A DNA stretch of 64,000 nucleotides from an uncultured Acidobacteriota bacterium (GTDB lineage: Bacteria > Acidobacteriota > Thermoanaerobaculia > UBA5066): positions 1,248,001-1,312,000 of the forward strand of contig CAVZYA010000001.1 in the NCBI GenBank assembly GCA_963779415.1, given 5' to 3'. Of this stretch, positions 43,680-54,644 are shown piece after piece (position 1 is the stretch's first letter; each line of letters opens with the position of its first letter). The translations under genes were made by a program, and so were the position numbers. The notes beneath the pieces are model-generated. The model saw only the letters and a list, made by a program, of their open reading frames with translations. It was not told where the DNA came from and ran no database searches.

Positions 43680-44372
43680 AGCGGCGAGGGCGCCCCGGAG
43701 CACCGAGTCGAACATCTCTGCCGTGAGGCGCCCCGTGTTCGTGTTCTGGCGGCTCACGTGGTACGAGGCGAAGAGCGTCGCGCCCCCCGGGAGGACGACG
43801 CGGGCGCCGTGCGCGAAGGCCGGGCGCGGCGACACGGCCCCGAGCCCGGCGTCCTCGAAGGCCCGGAGCGTCTGCCGGAAGGCCAGCTCTCCCAGAGCGA
43901 GAAGGACCGAAATCCGCGGGAGCGACGCGATCTCACGGACGAGGAACGGCCGGCAGCGGTCGAACTCCCGCGGCGACGGGCGGTTGTCGGGGGGCGCGCA
44001 TCGCGCCGCCGCGGTCACCCGGCAGTCGGTCAGCCGAAGGCCGTCCTTCCGCGATGCCGACCGCGCCTGATTCGCGACGCCGGCGCGGTGAAGCGCGGCG
44101 AAGAGAAAGTCTCCCGAGGCGTCTCCCGTGAAAACGCGCCCCGTCCGGTTTCCGCCGTGGGCCGCCGGCGCGAGGCCGACGACGAGAAGGCGCGCGCGAG
44201 GGTCTCCGAATCCCGGCACGGGCCTCGCCCAGTAGCTCTCCGAAGCGAAACGGCGTGGCGCGTCCCGCGCGGCCGTCTCGCGCCACCGGACAAGCCGCGG
44301 ACAGGCCCGGCACGTCACGATCTCGTTCTCGAGGGCCGCGAGGGCGGCCTCGGGCCGGGGCGGAAGGCTCAA
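43671..44372 (-). CDS. Uracil-DNA glycosylase family 5 (UdgB-like)
   Basis: CRACPRL, GLAPAAHGGNRTGRVFTGD, CAPPDNRP and YHVSRQNTNTG. TTG start inferred. Confidence 0.9.
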   Translation of the reverse strand: MSLPPRPEAALAALENEIVTCRACPRLVRWRETAARDAPRRFASESYWARPVPGFGDPRARLLVVGLAPAAHGGNRTGRVFTGDASGDFLFAALHRAGVANQARSASRKDGLRLTDCRVTAAARCAPPDNRPSPREFDRCRPFLVREIASLPRISVLLALGELAFRQTLRAFEDAGLGAVSPRPAFAHGARVVLPGGATLFASYHVSRQNTNTGRLTAEMFDSVLRGALAALA

Positions 44373-44731
44373 TACTTCTCCGGCTTTCTTCGGGCTCCGG
44401 CGGGAGGCGGCGGCGTCGTCGGCCGGGGTTTCTGCACCTCGATCGCGACGTTCCCGGCGGTCTGCTTCACGTCGTCGCCGACCTTGCGCGCCCCCTCCGA
44501 AGCCGCCTGCCCGGCGCGCCCGGCGCGGTCCGCCGCGTCCGCGCCCGCGGCCGTCGCCGTCGCCTTGAGCCGGTCTGCCGCTTCTTTCGCGGCCTCGCCC
44601 GCTTTTTCGATCGCCTCGTCGGCCTTCCGTCCGGCCTTTTCCAGCGACCCTTTCCTGCCGCATCCGGGCGAGAGCGCGAGCAGGGCCAAGAGCCCCGCCG
44701 CGACGACTCCCCGCTTACGCAACCCGGTCAT
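44369..44731 (-). CDS. Ala/Lys-rich lipoprotein
   Basis: LLALLALSPGC lipobox, EKAGRKADEAIEKAG repeats, Pro-rich tail. Confidence 0.7.
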   Translation of the reverse strand: MTGLRKRGVVAAGLLALLALSPGCGRKGSLEKAGRKADEAIEKAGEAAKEAADRLKATATAAGADAADRAGRAGQAASEGARKVGDDVKQTAGNVAIEVQKPRPTTPPPPAGARRKPEKY

Positions 44732-45518
44732 GACGTTCCCTTCCTTTCAACCCCGGCCTTCCCTTCTCCCTCTCGATCTCGCGGAGGAATGCCGCGCGCA
44801 GAAAGTAGTACCACCCCTGGAGGAACGCAACGGTGACGCCGATCTTCCCGTCGAGGAAGCCCCGCTTGACGAGCAGGCTCCGGAGAACCTCGAAGATAGG
44901 CCGGATCAACGTCCCCGCGATGTTCGCCTTCTGCCCCAGGTCGTACCGGTCCTCCGCCGAGAGACGTGCGTAGAGGGAGGCCTTGCGGAGGAAATCCGAG
45001 AAGTTCCGGTAGGGCTCGTGGAGGAGCGGCCTCGAGAGAACGGCGACCGGACCGTCGGCGAGAAACGTCTCGTGGACGCGCCCTCCCGAGACCCGGAAGC
45101 CCCGGGAGCGGCGGCCGATCCGGAACTGGACGTCCGGGGCCCACGCGCCGTGCCGGACCTCGCGGCCGAGGAACGTCGAGAGGCGCGGCATCCGGAGCCC
45201 CGCGAACCTCTCTCCGCCGTCGGAGAGCCGTGCCCGGATCTCGTCGCGCAGCCCGTCCGGGACGCGCTCGTCGGCGTCGACGAAGAAGACCCAGTCGTGC
45301 GACGCGAGCGAGAGGGCGCGGTTGCGCGAGGCGACGTACCCTTCCCACGGGATCTCCTCCACCCGGGCGCCGGTTCTCCGGGCGATCTCCTGCGTCCCGT
45401 CCGAGGAGCCCGTATCGGCGACCAGCACCTCGTCCGCCCATCCCACCGTCGCGAGGGCCGCCGGGAGGCGGTCGTGCTCGTCCTTCACGAGGAGGATGAC
45501 CGAGACGGGCGGGGCCAC
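44715..45518 (-). CDS. Glycosyltransferase family 2 (WaaE/KdtX-like)
   Basis: DTGSSDGT, WVFFVDADE, VHE and GFLDG. Confidence 0.88.
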   Translation of the reverse strand: MAPPVSVILLVKDEHDRLPAALATVGWADEVLVADTGSSDGTQEIARRTGARVEEIPWEGYVASRNRALSLASHDWVFFVDADERVPDGLRDEIRARLSDGGERFAGLRMPRLSTFLGREVRHGAWAPDVQFRIGRRSRGFRVSGGRVHETFLADGPVAVLSRPLLHEPYRNFSDFLRKASLYARLSAEDRYDLGQKANIAGTLIRPIFEVLRSLLVKRGFLDGKIGVTVAFLQGWYYFLRAAFLREIEREKGRPGLKGRERHDRVA

Positions 45519-45754
45519 GCCGCGAGGATAGTCGACCCCGGTGACACGGACGACATTTCGACGGACGACGTGGACGACGTGCGCCAGACACCATGGGAGT
45601 GACGCCGCGGCCCGCGACCTCTCGCATGAGCGCGGCCGACGACGACGCGGACCAGCTGCCGCGCGGACCCTTCGAGTCGGGCGTCCTTCGCCCTCGCCGC
45701 TGAGCGGGTATCGCGGGGCGGCGATTTCTCGGCCTGTCGAGGAGGCTCCTGACC

Positions 45755-46153
45755 ATGCCAGCGCAAAGAATCGTCGTCGCGCTCCTGTTCGTCGCGCTTC
45801 TACCGATCACGCCTCTCGCAGATGCCGAAACCGAGGTCAACCCATGCGGCGGCGTCCACTTCTTGGAGCACCTCAGCACGATTACGTTCGTCACGAGCGC
45901 ACTACGGCTCCTGAATGGCACCGAAGACTTCAAACTCAGGCGTCTTCGGCGTGCAGCCGCAGATGCGAAATCGCAGCTTGATCGGGGCGTTGTTGTCGAT
46001 GCCGTCGCTCTTCCTAACCTCTCCGAGGGCCTTCGCAGGGCACGAGCCTATGCTGAGAGTCACTCCTTACCCGCCAAAGTCACCGCCGATCTCATGGCTC
46101 TAAAGGCGTGGATTTCTAAGCAGCCATGGGGCCTGTCGTCACCACCACGTTAG
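45755..46153 (+). CDS. Hypothetical secreted protein, lower GC
   Basis: GAGGAGG SD, signal peptide, atypical codon usage. Confidence 0.6.
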   Translation: MPAQRIVVALLFVALLPITPLADAETEVNPCGGVHFLEHLSTITFVTSALRLLNGTEDFKLRRLRRAAADAKSQLDRGVVVDAVALPNLSEGLRRARAYAESHSLPAKVTADLMALKAWISKQPWGLSSPPR

Positions 46154-46192
46154 GCCGCCGCCTGACCTCGCTATCCTTCATCCCTCAGGGCC

Positions 46193-47256
46193 ATGAGAAT
46201 TCTCGCCCTCGATCTCGGCGCCGGATGGCGCGGCGGACAGAAGCAGACGGCGCTCGTCGCCGCCGCTCTGGCCGCGCGCGGACACGACGTGACGCTCGTC
46301 GCGGCGGACGGCTCCCCTCTCGCGAGCGAGGCGCGCGTCGATGGGCCGCGCCGGGCTCATTCCCGTTCGCGGGCGAGGCGAGGCGTCGCCGCGGCTCCTC
46401 GCCGCGGTCGCCGCAGCGGTTCGTCGGCTCCGCCCGGACGTCCTCTGGGCCTCCGACGGGCGCGGGCACGGGGCCGCCGTCTGGAGCCTCGCGGCGGCAC
46501 GAACGCCCCTCGTAGTCCACCGGCGCGTCGCCTTCCGGCCGGGGCGCGATCCGCTCTCGCGCCTGAAATTCCGGGCGGCACGCCGTTTCGTCGCCATCTC
46601 CGCGGAGGTCGCCCGCGTCCTTTCCGAAGCGGGGATTCCGAAGGAGCGGATCGCCGTCGTTCCGGATGGCCTTCCGGACGAGGCGTTCCTTCACGCGCCG
46701 GCGCCCCCCGCGCCCCCTTTCCGTCTCCTTCACGCCGGGGCCTTCGACGGACTCAAGGGGCAGGACGTCGCCGTCGCGGCACTCGCCCGCGTCGTCGAGG
46801 GGGGAATCGACGCGACGCTCACGTTCCTCGGCGACGGACCGCGGCGCGCCGAGACGGAACGCCTCGCCGGGGAATCCGGGGTCCTTTCGCGCTGCACCTT
46901 CGCCGGCGAGGTCCGGGACGTCCCCGAGCGTCTCGCCGCCTCGCACCTTCTTCTCCTCCCCTCGAGAAGCGAAGGCGCGTCCCTCGTCCTCGTCGAGGCG
47001 ATGGCCGCCGGTTGCCCCGTCCTCGCCCACGACCTTCCGGCGCCGCGCGAGATCTGCGGCGCCGGCGCCGCGGGACGCGCTCGTTCCGACGCTCGAGCCC
47101 CGCGCCTGGGCGGACGCGGTCTCGAGCCTCCTTCGCAACGAGGAGGAACGCCTCCGCCTCGTCGCGGAGGGACGCAGGGCTGCCGCGACGCGGACGCTCG
47201 CCGCGAGCGTCGAGCGGTTCGAAGACGTTCTCGGGGCAGCTCTCGGGGCCGCATGA
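46193..47256 (+). CDS. Glycosyltransferase family 4, frameshifted twice (about 46340 and 47075)
   Basis: WRGGQKQ in one frame, KGQD...SRSEGASLVLVEAMAAGCPV in a second, and LVPTLEP...AALGAA* in a third. Confidence 0.8.
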
Positions 47257-48288
47257 GAGTCCTCCTCCGGGCGACGAACTGGGTCGGGGACGTCGCCATG
47301 TCGCTCCCCGCGGTCAAGGCGCTCCGCGCCTCGTTTCCGAAGGATCACCTCGCCGTCCTCGCGCGCCCCTGGGTGGCAGACCTCTACCGCCTTCGTCCGG
47401 AGGTCGACGAGGTTCTCGTCGAGGAGAGCTCCGGCGCTCACGCCGGGTCCGAGGGGCGGCGGCGGCTGGCAGCGGAGATCCGGGAGAGCCGGTTCGAGCG
47501 GGCCGTCGTCTTTCCGACCAGCTTCGGAACAGCCTGGACGGTGCAGCAGGCGGGGATCCCCGAGCGGATCGGCTGGGCCGCCGAGGGGCGTTCGCCGCTT
47601 CTGACACGGGCTCTCCCGCAGCGGCTTCACCGGGGCCGGCACCAGGTCTGGAAGCACCTGCTTCTCGCCGAGGCGGCGGGGGCCGCAATGCCGGCCGCAC
47701 CGGACGCGTCATGGGAGGTGTCGAAGGAGACCTCCGGCATGGGACGGGCTCTCCTCGACGCGGCCGGACTCGCGGGGCGCCCGTTCGCCGCGGTCCACCT
47801 CGCCTCCTTCGCCCACGCCGCCAAGCGGTGGGAGCTTTCCCGCTTCGCCGACCTCCTCGACCGCCTCGCCGCCTGTCAGGGCCTCGCGGCCGTCCTCCTC
47901 GGAAGCGCCGGCGAAGGGGGCGTCAACGCCGAGGCGTCCGCTCTGACGAAGCGTGCGACGCTCTTCGATCTCTCCGGGAAGAGTTCGCTCCCCGAAGTCC
48001 TCGGCGTTCTCTCCCTCGCCCGCCTCTTCGTCGGGAACGACTCGGGGATCGGCCATCTTGCCGCCGCGGTCGGAACGCCGACCGTCACCGTCTTCGGCCC
48101 GACCGATCCGGAAGCCACCCGGCCGTGGGACGGGCCGCGGGGCAACGGAAAGCCGGTCCGGGTCGCGCTCGCGCGCCGGAGGACCGTCTGCGCCCCCTGC
48201 CGCTTCGACGTCTGCCCCCTCGACCACCGGTGCATGACGCGGTCTCGACGTCGAGAGCGTCCTCGAGGCCGTGGCGTCGGTCCTTTGA
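47253..48288 (+). CDS. waaF: LPS heptosyltransferase II, frameshift near the 3' end
   Basis: TNWVGDVAMS, AKRW, GNDSGIGHLAAAVGTPTVTVFGPTDP and CAPC..CP...CM. The tail GLDVESVL is in another frame. Confidence 0.85.
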
Positions 48289-48290
48289 AG

Positions 48291-50583
48291 CTAGCGCCGC
48301 GCCCGTCCAGCGCGTGCAGAAAGCCGAGAGGGCGCGCGAGGCGCGGTCGATCTTCCGGTAGACCGGAATCCCGCCGCGCTGGAGGACGGCCACGAAGTCG
48401 TCGTAGAGGCGGCCCGAGTCGACGTTGACGACGACCGGCTTTCCCGTCCTGCGGAAGAGGCGCAGCAGCTCCTGCGGCAGCGACTCGGGGGCGTGGATGT
48501 TCTCCGAATGTGTCCCGACGAGGTCGGGGGCGAGGTTGTCGAGGGCCGGCGTGACGGGGACGGGCGAGACGATCAGCGCGTCGACCCCCGGGTCCTCGAG
48601 AAGGGCCCCGGCCGCCTCCACGAATTTCGGCGTCTCCGCCATCGGGGTCGCGTCGACCGGGTTGTCCGCGTGGGCGACGGCGGGAAGGCAGGCGGAGAGG
48701 CGCCGCCTCGTCTCCGCCGAGAGGACGGCGGCCGTCAGGCCGAACAGCTCGTCGAGGACGGAGGCGCACTCGAAGCCGGCGTTCGAGAGGATCGCAACCC
48801 GGCGGCCGGCCACCGTCCGGCCGTCGAGCATCGTGAAGATCTTCACGTAGTCCTCGAACATGTCGAGTGTCTCGGTCACGACGACGCCCGCCTGCTCCAT
48901 GAGGGCGCGCGCGACGGCGTAGTCGCCGGCGAGCGAAGCGGTGTGGCTCTGGGCCGCCTTCGCCCCGAGCGGCGTCTTCCCCCCCTTGAAGGCGAGGACC
49001 CGCTTCCCCTTCTGGCGGAGCCGCCGGGCCATCCGGACGAACCGCTCCCCGTCGAGCGGCTGGAACCCCTCGATGTAGCAGGCGAGGATCGAGACGGAGT
49101 CGTCCCGCTCGAAATACTCCAGAAAGTCCGACACGGTCAGGTCCATCTGGTTCCCGAACGAGATCGAGGCCTTCGGAAAGACGATCCCGTCGAGGTTGCT
49201 CGTCAGCGAGACGAGGTAGGCCCCGCTCTGGCTGATCGCCACGAGCCGGTCTCCCGGGGCGTCGTGGAACGGCAGCTTGTAATACGGCACGAAGAAGGTG
49301 TTGTACCGGTGCTTCGAGACGATGCCGAGGCAGTTCCCGCCGACGAGGACCGGACCCCCGTCGGCGCGCGACCGGCTCTCCACGAGCGTCCTCCGGATCT
49401 CCTCGTCGAGGGCGCGCTGCCCCGTCTCCGCGAAGCCCCCCGGGATCAGGATGATGGAGGCCGCCTTCCCCGTCGCGCAGAGCTCCGCGACCGCGTCGCG
49501 CGCTCCCTCCGCGGGGATCGCGATCACGGCGAGGTCCACCGCCTCGGGAAGGTTCCGCCCGCTCGTCACGCACGGGACGCCGTCCACGGCCGGGGCCTTC
49601 GGGTGAACGGCCCAGAGCTTCCCGTAGCGGAGCCCCTCCGAGGCCTTCAGGTTCCGGAGGATGATCCGGCCCGGGGTTCATCACCGTCGTGGACGCCCCG
49701 AAGACGGCGGCGCTCTCCGGCTCGAGGAGGTTCCGGATCTTCCGGATCGGGCGCGAGGGGCGCGCCGTCCGCCTCTCCGACAGATGCGCCTTCCCGTCGG
49801 CCGCCACCCAGCGCCCGTCCGGGCAGAGGAGAAGAGGGTTGATCTCGACCTCTTCCAGCGTCAGCGTGCTCCCGCGGCATCGGGCGCGAACGACGTCGGC
49901 GAGCCGGCCCAGCGCCTCGAGCCTCGCTCGCGACGGCGTCGAGATCGAGCGGCGCCACCGGGTGCAGGCGCGACGGCGAGAAGAGAATCCCGAGGGCCGG
50001 CGCCGCGGCGGCCGCGGCCGCGAGCCCCTCGCGGACGCGACCCGGCGCGAGGATCGCCGTCGAGCCTCCGGCGCTCACGCTCCCGAACCATTCGGTCAGG
50101 ACGCCGCCGAGGCCCAGGACGAGAACCGGTCCGAAGGCGGGGTCCTGCTTCACCGAAACGAGCGTCTCGGCGGCGGGCGATCCCCGACAGGGACGTCAGC
50201 CTTTCGAGCAGGAGGATCCCCGTCCGCCCGGCTCCCGGCGCACGGCGCCCCACGTCGTCCCAGATCTTCCGCGCCGCCCCGAGGACGGCATCCGCCTCCG
50301 AAGGGGCCGACGCCACGCCTCCGACGTCGGACTTGTGGAGGAGATCCGGCGAGACGATCTTCAGGAAGCATCCCGCCCCGCAGAGCGATGCGAGGAAGGA
50401 CTCCGCCCCCGCGGAGAGCCGGCCGCCGGGGGCTCCTTCCCAGAAGAAAGAGCGCGGCACGTCGAAGCCGGCGCCCGCGAGAAGCGCATAGACCTCCTGC
50501 TCGAGGAGGTCCGTCCGTCCGGCGGCGCGGACCGATTCGAAAAGCTCACCGGGGGAGAGCGCGGCCGTCTCTCTCGCGGGCAT
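48291..50583 (-). CDS. Acetate--CoA ligase (ADP-forming) family; ATP-grasp domain first, CoA-binding domain second; multiple frameshifts
   Basis: LKIVSPDLLHKSDVGGV, DPAFGPV, EVEINPL, GGFAETG, SQSGA and AQSHTASLAG (phospho-His) spread over several frames. Confidence 0.8.
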
Positions 50584-50585
50584 CT

Positions 50586-51149
50586 TCAGCCCCTCCGCTT
50601 CAGCTCTTCGTCCACGTGACGACAGATGAGGTGGATTGCGGCGAGATGCAGCTCCTGCACGTGCGCCGTCTCGGCGGACGGGACGACGAGGCCGACGTCC
50701 CACTGCTGGGCCTCCGCCCGCCCCTTCGCCCCCGTCATCAGGATCGTCGACATCCCCTTCGACCTCGCGGCGTCGAGCGCCTTGAGGACGTTCGGGCTCG
50801 AGCCGGACGTGGAGATCCCGACGGCCACGTCGCCGCTCCTGCCGAGCGCCTCCACCTGCCGCGAGAAGACAGTCTCGTACCCGTAGTCGTTCGCGCAGGC
50901 GGTCAGGATCGAGACGTCCGACGCGAGGGCGACGGCCGGAAGGGCGGGCCGGTCGTCCTTGTACCGGACGACCAGCTCGGCCGCGAAATGCTGCGCCTGC
51001 GTCGCGCTCCCCCCGTTGCCGAAGACGAGCGTCATCCGGCCGGAGAGCGCGGCGTCGGCGACGAGGGCCGCCGCCCGCGCCACCGCGGGACCGATCGTCC
51101 GTTCCGCCTCCGAGGCGAGCTGGGCGAGATCGGTGAAGTAGGACTTCAT
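50586..51149 (-). CDS. gmhA: Sedoheptulose-7-phosphate isomerase
   Basis: GNGGSA..AQHFAAEL, ANDYGYE.VFSRQV, STSGSSPNV and VQELH. Confidence 0.93.
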   Translation of the reverse strand: MKSYFTDLAQLASEAERTIGPAVARAAALVADAALSGRMTLVFGNGGSATQAQHFAAELVVRYKDDRPALPAVALASDVSILTACANDYGYETVFSRQVEALGRSGDVAVGISTSGSSPNVLKALDAARSKGMSTILMTGAKGRAEAQQWDVGLVVPSAETAHVQELHLAAIHLICRHVDEELKRRG

Positions 51150-52606
51150 TCGCCGCTTCCTTTCGCGCGCGTGAGCATGGAGGTCGTCGAGCGTCCCGCG
51201 ACGAGCGGGATCAGCTCCACCCGTCCGCCGTAGGAGCGGACGAACGGCGCGCCGACCACGGTCGCCTCGGTGTAGTCGCCCCCCTTGACGAGAACGTCGG
51301 GCCGGACGAGTTCGATCAGCCTTTCCGGCGTCTCCTCCTCGAAGAGGACGACGAAGTCGACCGCGTCGAGCCCCCCGAGCACCTGCGCCCGGTCGTGCTC
51401 GGAGAGGATCGGGCGCTCCGGCCCCTTGAGCCTCCGGACCGACGCGTCGCTGTTCAGGCCGACGACGAGGAGGTCCCCGCGCTTGCGCGCCTCGGTGAGG
51501 AGCCGGATGTGCCCGGGATGGAGGAGGTCGAAGCAGCCGTTCGTGAAGACGATCTTCCGGTGCGCCCGCCGGAGCGTCGAGGCGACGGCGGCGAGGTGGG
51601 CCCGGTCGAGGAGCTTCTCCTCCGGCGACGCCGTGAGCCCCTCGAGGAGGTCGGCCCAGTGGACGGGAGCCGTCCCGACCCGGGCCACGGCGCACCCGGC
51701 GGCCCGGTTCGCGACCTCGGCGGCCGCGGCGAGGTCGAGGCCGGCGCCGAGCGCGACGCCGAGGGCGGCGAGGACCGTATCCCCGGCTCCGGTCACGTCG
51801 AAGACCTCCCGGGCGCGGGCGCGGATGCGGCGCGGCTCGTCGCGGCCGTCGAGGAGGAGCATCCCCTCCTCGGAGAGCTTCACGAGGAGCGCGTCGAGCG
51901 AAAGGTCCCGCCGGAGGCGCTCGCCGATCGCCGCGACGTCCGCGACGTCGCGCGCGCCGTCTCGCCCGCCACGGTCTCCAGCTCCTTCCGGTTCGGCGTC
52001 ACGCATCGTGGCGCCGCGGTAGCGGCCGTAGTCGCGCCCCTTCGGATCGACGAGGACCGGGATCCCCTTCCGCCTCGCCGCGGCGATGAGCTCCGAGAGG
52101 AGCGCCGGCGTCAGCGTCCCTTTCGCGTAGTCGGAGAGGAGGAGGACGTCGGCCGTCCTCGACCGCCCGGAGCGCGGCGGCGGTGAGCTCCCGCTCGGCC
52201 CCGGGCGAGAGCCCCGCGGCCAGCTCCTGGTCGACGCGGAGCATCTGCCGCCCCTCCGAGACCATCCGGCGCTTGACCGGCGTCGTCCGGAGCGGATCGG
52301 CGACGATCGTTCCGCGCGCACCGGGGAGCGTCGTCAGCCGCCGCGCGAGCCACGCCCCCTCTTCCTCCGGGCCGACGGCGCCGAGGGCGATGACGTGCCC
52401 GCCGAGCGCGGAGAGGTTCTCGACGACGTTGCCCGCGCCGCCGGCCCGCCGGCTCATCGCCGAGAGGTTGAGGAGCGGCACGGGCGCCTCGGGGGCGACG
52501 CGCGTCACCTCCCCGTCCAGGTCTCGTCGAGCATCAGGTCTCCCGCGACGGCGACCGTGACGCTCGCCGCCGCGTCGGCGAGGGCGGCCAGCTCCCGCGG
52601 CGTCAC
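51146..52606 (-). CDS. hldE: Bifunctional heptose-7-P kinase / heptose-1-P adenylyltransferase, frameshifted
   Basis: GDLMLD, PEAPVP, GGAGNV, SDYAKG, DVTGAGDT, FTNGCFDLLHPGH and KGGDY across frames. Confidence 0.88.
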
Positions 52607-53547
52607 GCCCGCTCCCCGAGGCCGAGGAGGAGCGCTTTCGCGAGGAGCGGCACGGTGATCTCGTGGTGCCCCGTGATCGCGTACGAGGCGCCCCCCGCGA
52701 GGATCGGCCGCTTCAGGACGTTCTCGTGGGGGCGGTAGTGGCGGATCATGTCGAGGTCGACGGTCGTGAAGTTCCTCACGTCGTGGCCGAGGTTCCGCGA
52801 GAGGGAGAGCGCCTTGAGGAAGACCTCGGGGAGGATGACCGAGGAGCCGGCGTTGATCCAGACCCCCCCGTCCCCGAGCCGCGCGACGACCCCCTGGATC
52901 GTCCGGAAGTCGCGCATCGACATCTCGCCGACGAGCGCGCCGTCCATCCCCGGCTGCTGCGCCAGCGTGTCCGTCCCGAGCGCCACGTGGACGGTCAGCG
53001 GCACTTCCCGCTCCGCCGCGGCGGCGAAGAGCGAAAGGTGGCGGAAGGGATACCGGCTCCGCCGGAGAAACTCCCCGAGCGCCCGGCCGTAGCCCCACCC
53101 TTTCGGCCGCCCCGCGCGGAGGGCGCGGAAGATGCCGACCCCCGTCTCGCGGCTCATCCCGAACTCGCCGTCCGAGAGGACCGACCCGACGTCCTCGGAG
53201 GTCGCCCCGTGGTAGGCCAGCTCGAAGTCGTGAATTCCGCTCGCGCCGTTCGTCGCGAGCGCCGTGACGTACCCCTCGCGCAGGAGCGCGAGAATCGAGG
53301 GGGTGAGGCCCGTCTTCACGACGTGCGCGCCGAAGGCGAAGACGACGGGTTTCTTCTTCCGGCGCGCGGCGGCGATCGCTCGGACGACCGCCCGGAGCGC
53401 GTCGGCGGCGAGAAGGTGGGGCAGGCCGTCCCAGAAGGCCGTGAACGAGTCGTCGACGCCGGGCGGAGCGCCGAGGTCCTTCACGTGGACCTTGAAGCGG
53501 CGCGTCGCGATCGGATAGGTCCGGGCCCGGCGGCGGATCGCGGCCAT
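52603..53547 (-). CDS. Deoxyhypusine-synthase-like fold protein (GSU2086-like)
   Basis: GAHVVKTG, ATNGASGIHDFE, GSSVILPEVFLKAL and GHHE. No SWGK lysine motif. Confidence 0.65.
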   Translation of the reverse strand: MAAIRRRARTYPIATRRFKVHVKDLGAPPGVDDSFTAFWDGLPHLLAADALRAVVRAIAAARRKKKPVVFAFGAHVVKTGLTPSILALLREGYVTALATNGASGIHDFELAYHGATSEDVGSVLSDGEFGMSRETGVGIFRALRAGRPKGWGYGRALGEFLRRSRYPFRHLSLFAAAAEREVPLTVHVALGTDTLAQQPGMDGALVGEMSMRDFRTIQGVVARLGDGGVWINAGSSVILPEVFLKALSLSRNLGHDVRNFTTVDLDMIRHYRPHENVLKRPILAGGASYAITGHHEITVPLLAKALLLGLGERA

Positions 53548-53559
53548 CGGCGTCCCCGC

Positions 53560-54060
53560 CTACCTCGGAGCCCCGAGCGCCGTGCGGATCGCCCCGGCGA
53601 ACGCCGCCTCGCTCTGCGGCCCCGCGAGCCGGGCCGCGACCGCCCCTTTCCGGTCGTAGACGATCGTGTAGGGGAGCGTCCCGTCCCAGCTCCGGTCGGC
53701 CGCGTCGATGAAGGTCTGTGGGTCGGCCGTCTTCACCTGCCAGCAGACGAACGGGACCTTCTCCTCCTTGAGGAACTTCGGAACCGCCGGGGCGGTCTTC
53801 GCCGTGTCCGTCGCGACGAGGACGACGGCGACGTCCTTCGCCGAAAAGCCGGAGGCCGCGGCCGCGAGCCGCGGCATCTCTTCCCGGCAGGGGATGCACC
53901 ACGTCGCCCAGAAGTTGACGACGAGGACGCGTCCTTTCTTCGCCTCCACGATCCGCGGGCGGTACTGCTCCGGCCGGAGGAGCTTCACCGGCTCGGCGGC
54001 GGCCGGCGCCCCGAAAAGGAGGAGCGCCGCCGCGAGAAGAAAGAGTCGGCGCGTTCTCAA
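53560..54060 (-). CDS. TlpA-like thiol:disulfide oxidoreductase
   Basis: Signal peptide and VNFWATWCIPC. TTG start inferred. Confidence 0.88.
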   Translation of the reverse strand: MRTRRLFLLAAALLLFGAPAAAEPVKLLRPEQYRPRIVEAKKGRVLVVNFWATWCIPCREEMPRLAAAASGFSAKDVAVVLVATDTAKTAPAVPKFLKEEKVPFVCWQVKTADPQTFIDAADRSWDGTLPYTIVYDRKGAVAARLAGPQSEAAFAGAIRTALGAPR

Positions 54061-54644
54061 ATCCGCTTGATCGTGCAGCCGAACGCCTTCGTCTCGGCGA
54101 CGGGCACCGGCTTGCCAACGAGGAAGGCGTCGAGGGCGTTCCGGAAATCGGGCGACCGGACGCTCTTCGCGTCGTCCTCGTTCTCGTCGATCCGTCCGTG
54201 ATAGATCAGCTTTCCCGAGCCGTCGAGGAGGAAGACCTCGGGGGTCTTCTGCGCCCCGTACGCGTCGGCCACCTTGTTCCCCTCGTCCTTCACGACGAAG
54301 AAGCCGAAGCCGTGCTTCCTCGCGTGCTCGGCGGTCTCGGCGGCCGGCTCCGTCTTGTTCGAGTTGATCCCGACGAAGGCGACCCCCTTCGCCATGTACT
54401 CCTTCGCGAGCGCGGCCATCCGCTCGTTGTAGGCGTTCGAGACGGGGCACTTCGTGGCGATGAAGAGGACGGCGACTCCCTTGTTCTTCGAGAGCAGCTC
54501 CTTGAGCGAAACGGGCTTTCCGTCGCGCGCCGCGGGGAGCGTGAAGTCGGGCGCGGTCGTGCCGATGGCGAGATTGGCGGCCGGGGCGGCGGCGGCCGCG
54601 AGAATCGCCCCGAAGGTCAGCGCGGCGATGCGGGCGAGGTTCAT
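54057..54644 (-). CDS. Thioredoxin/AhpC-TSA family protein, exported
   Basis: APDFTLP, CPVS, GINSN, TPEVF, YHGRID and GCTIK. Confidence 0.85.
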   Translation of the reverse strand: MNLARIAALTFGAILAAAAAPAANLAIGTTAPDFTLPAARDGKPVSLKELLSKNKGVAVLFIATKCPVSNAYNERMAALAKEYMAKGVAFVGINSNKTEPAAETAEHARKHGFGFFVVKDEGNKVADAYGAQKTPEVFLLDGSGKLIYHGRIDENEDDAKSVRSPDFRNALDAFLVGKPVPVAETKAFGCTIKRI

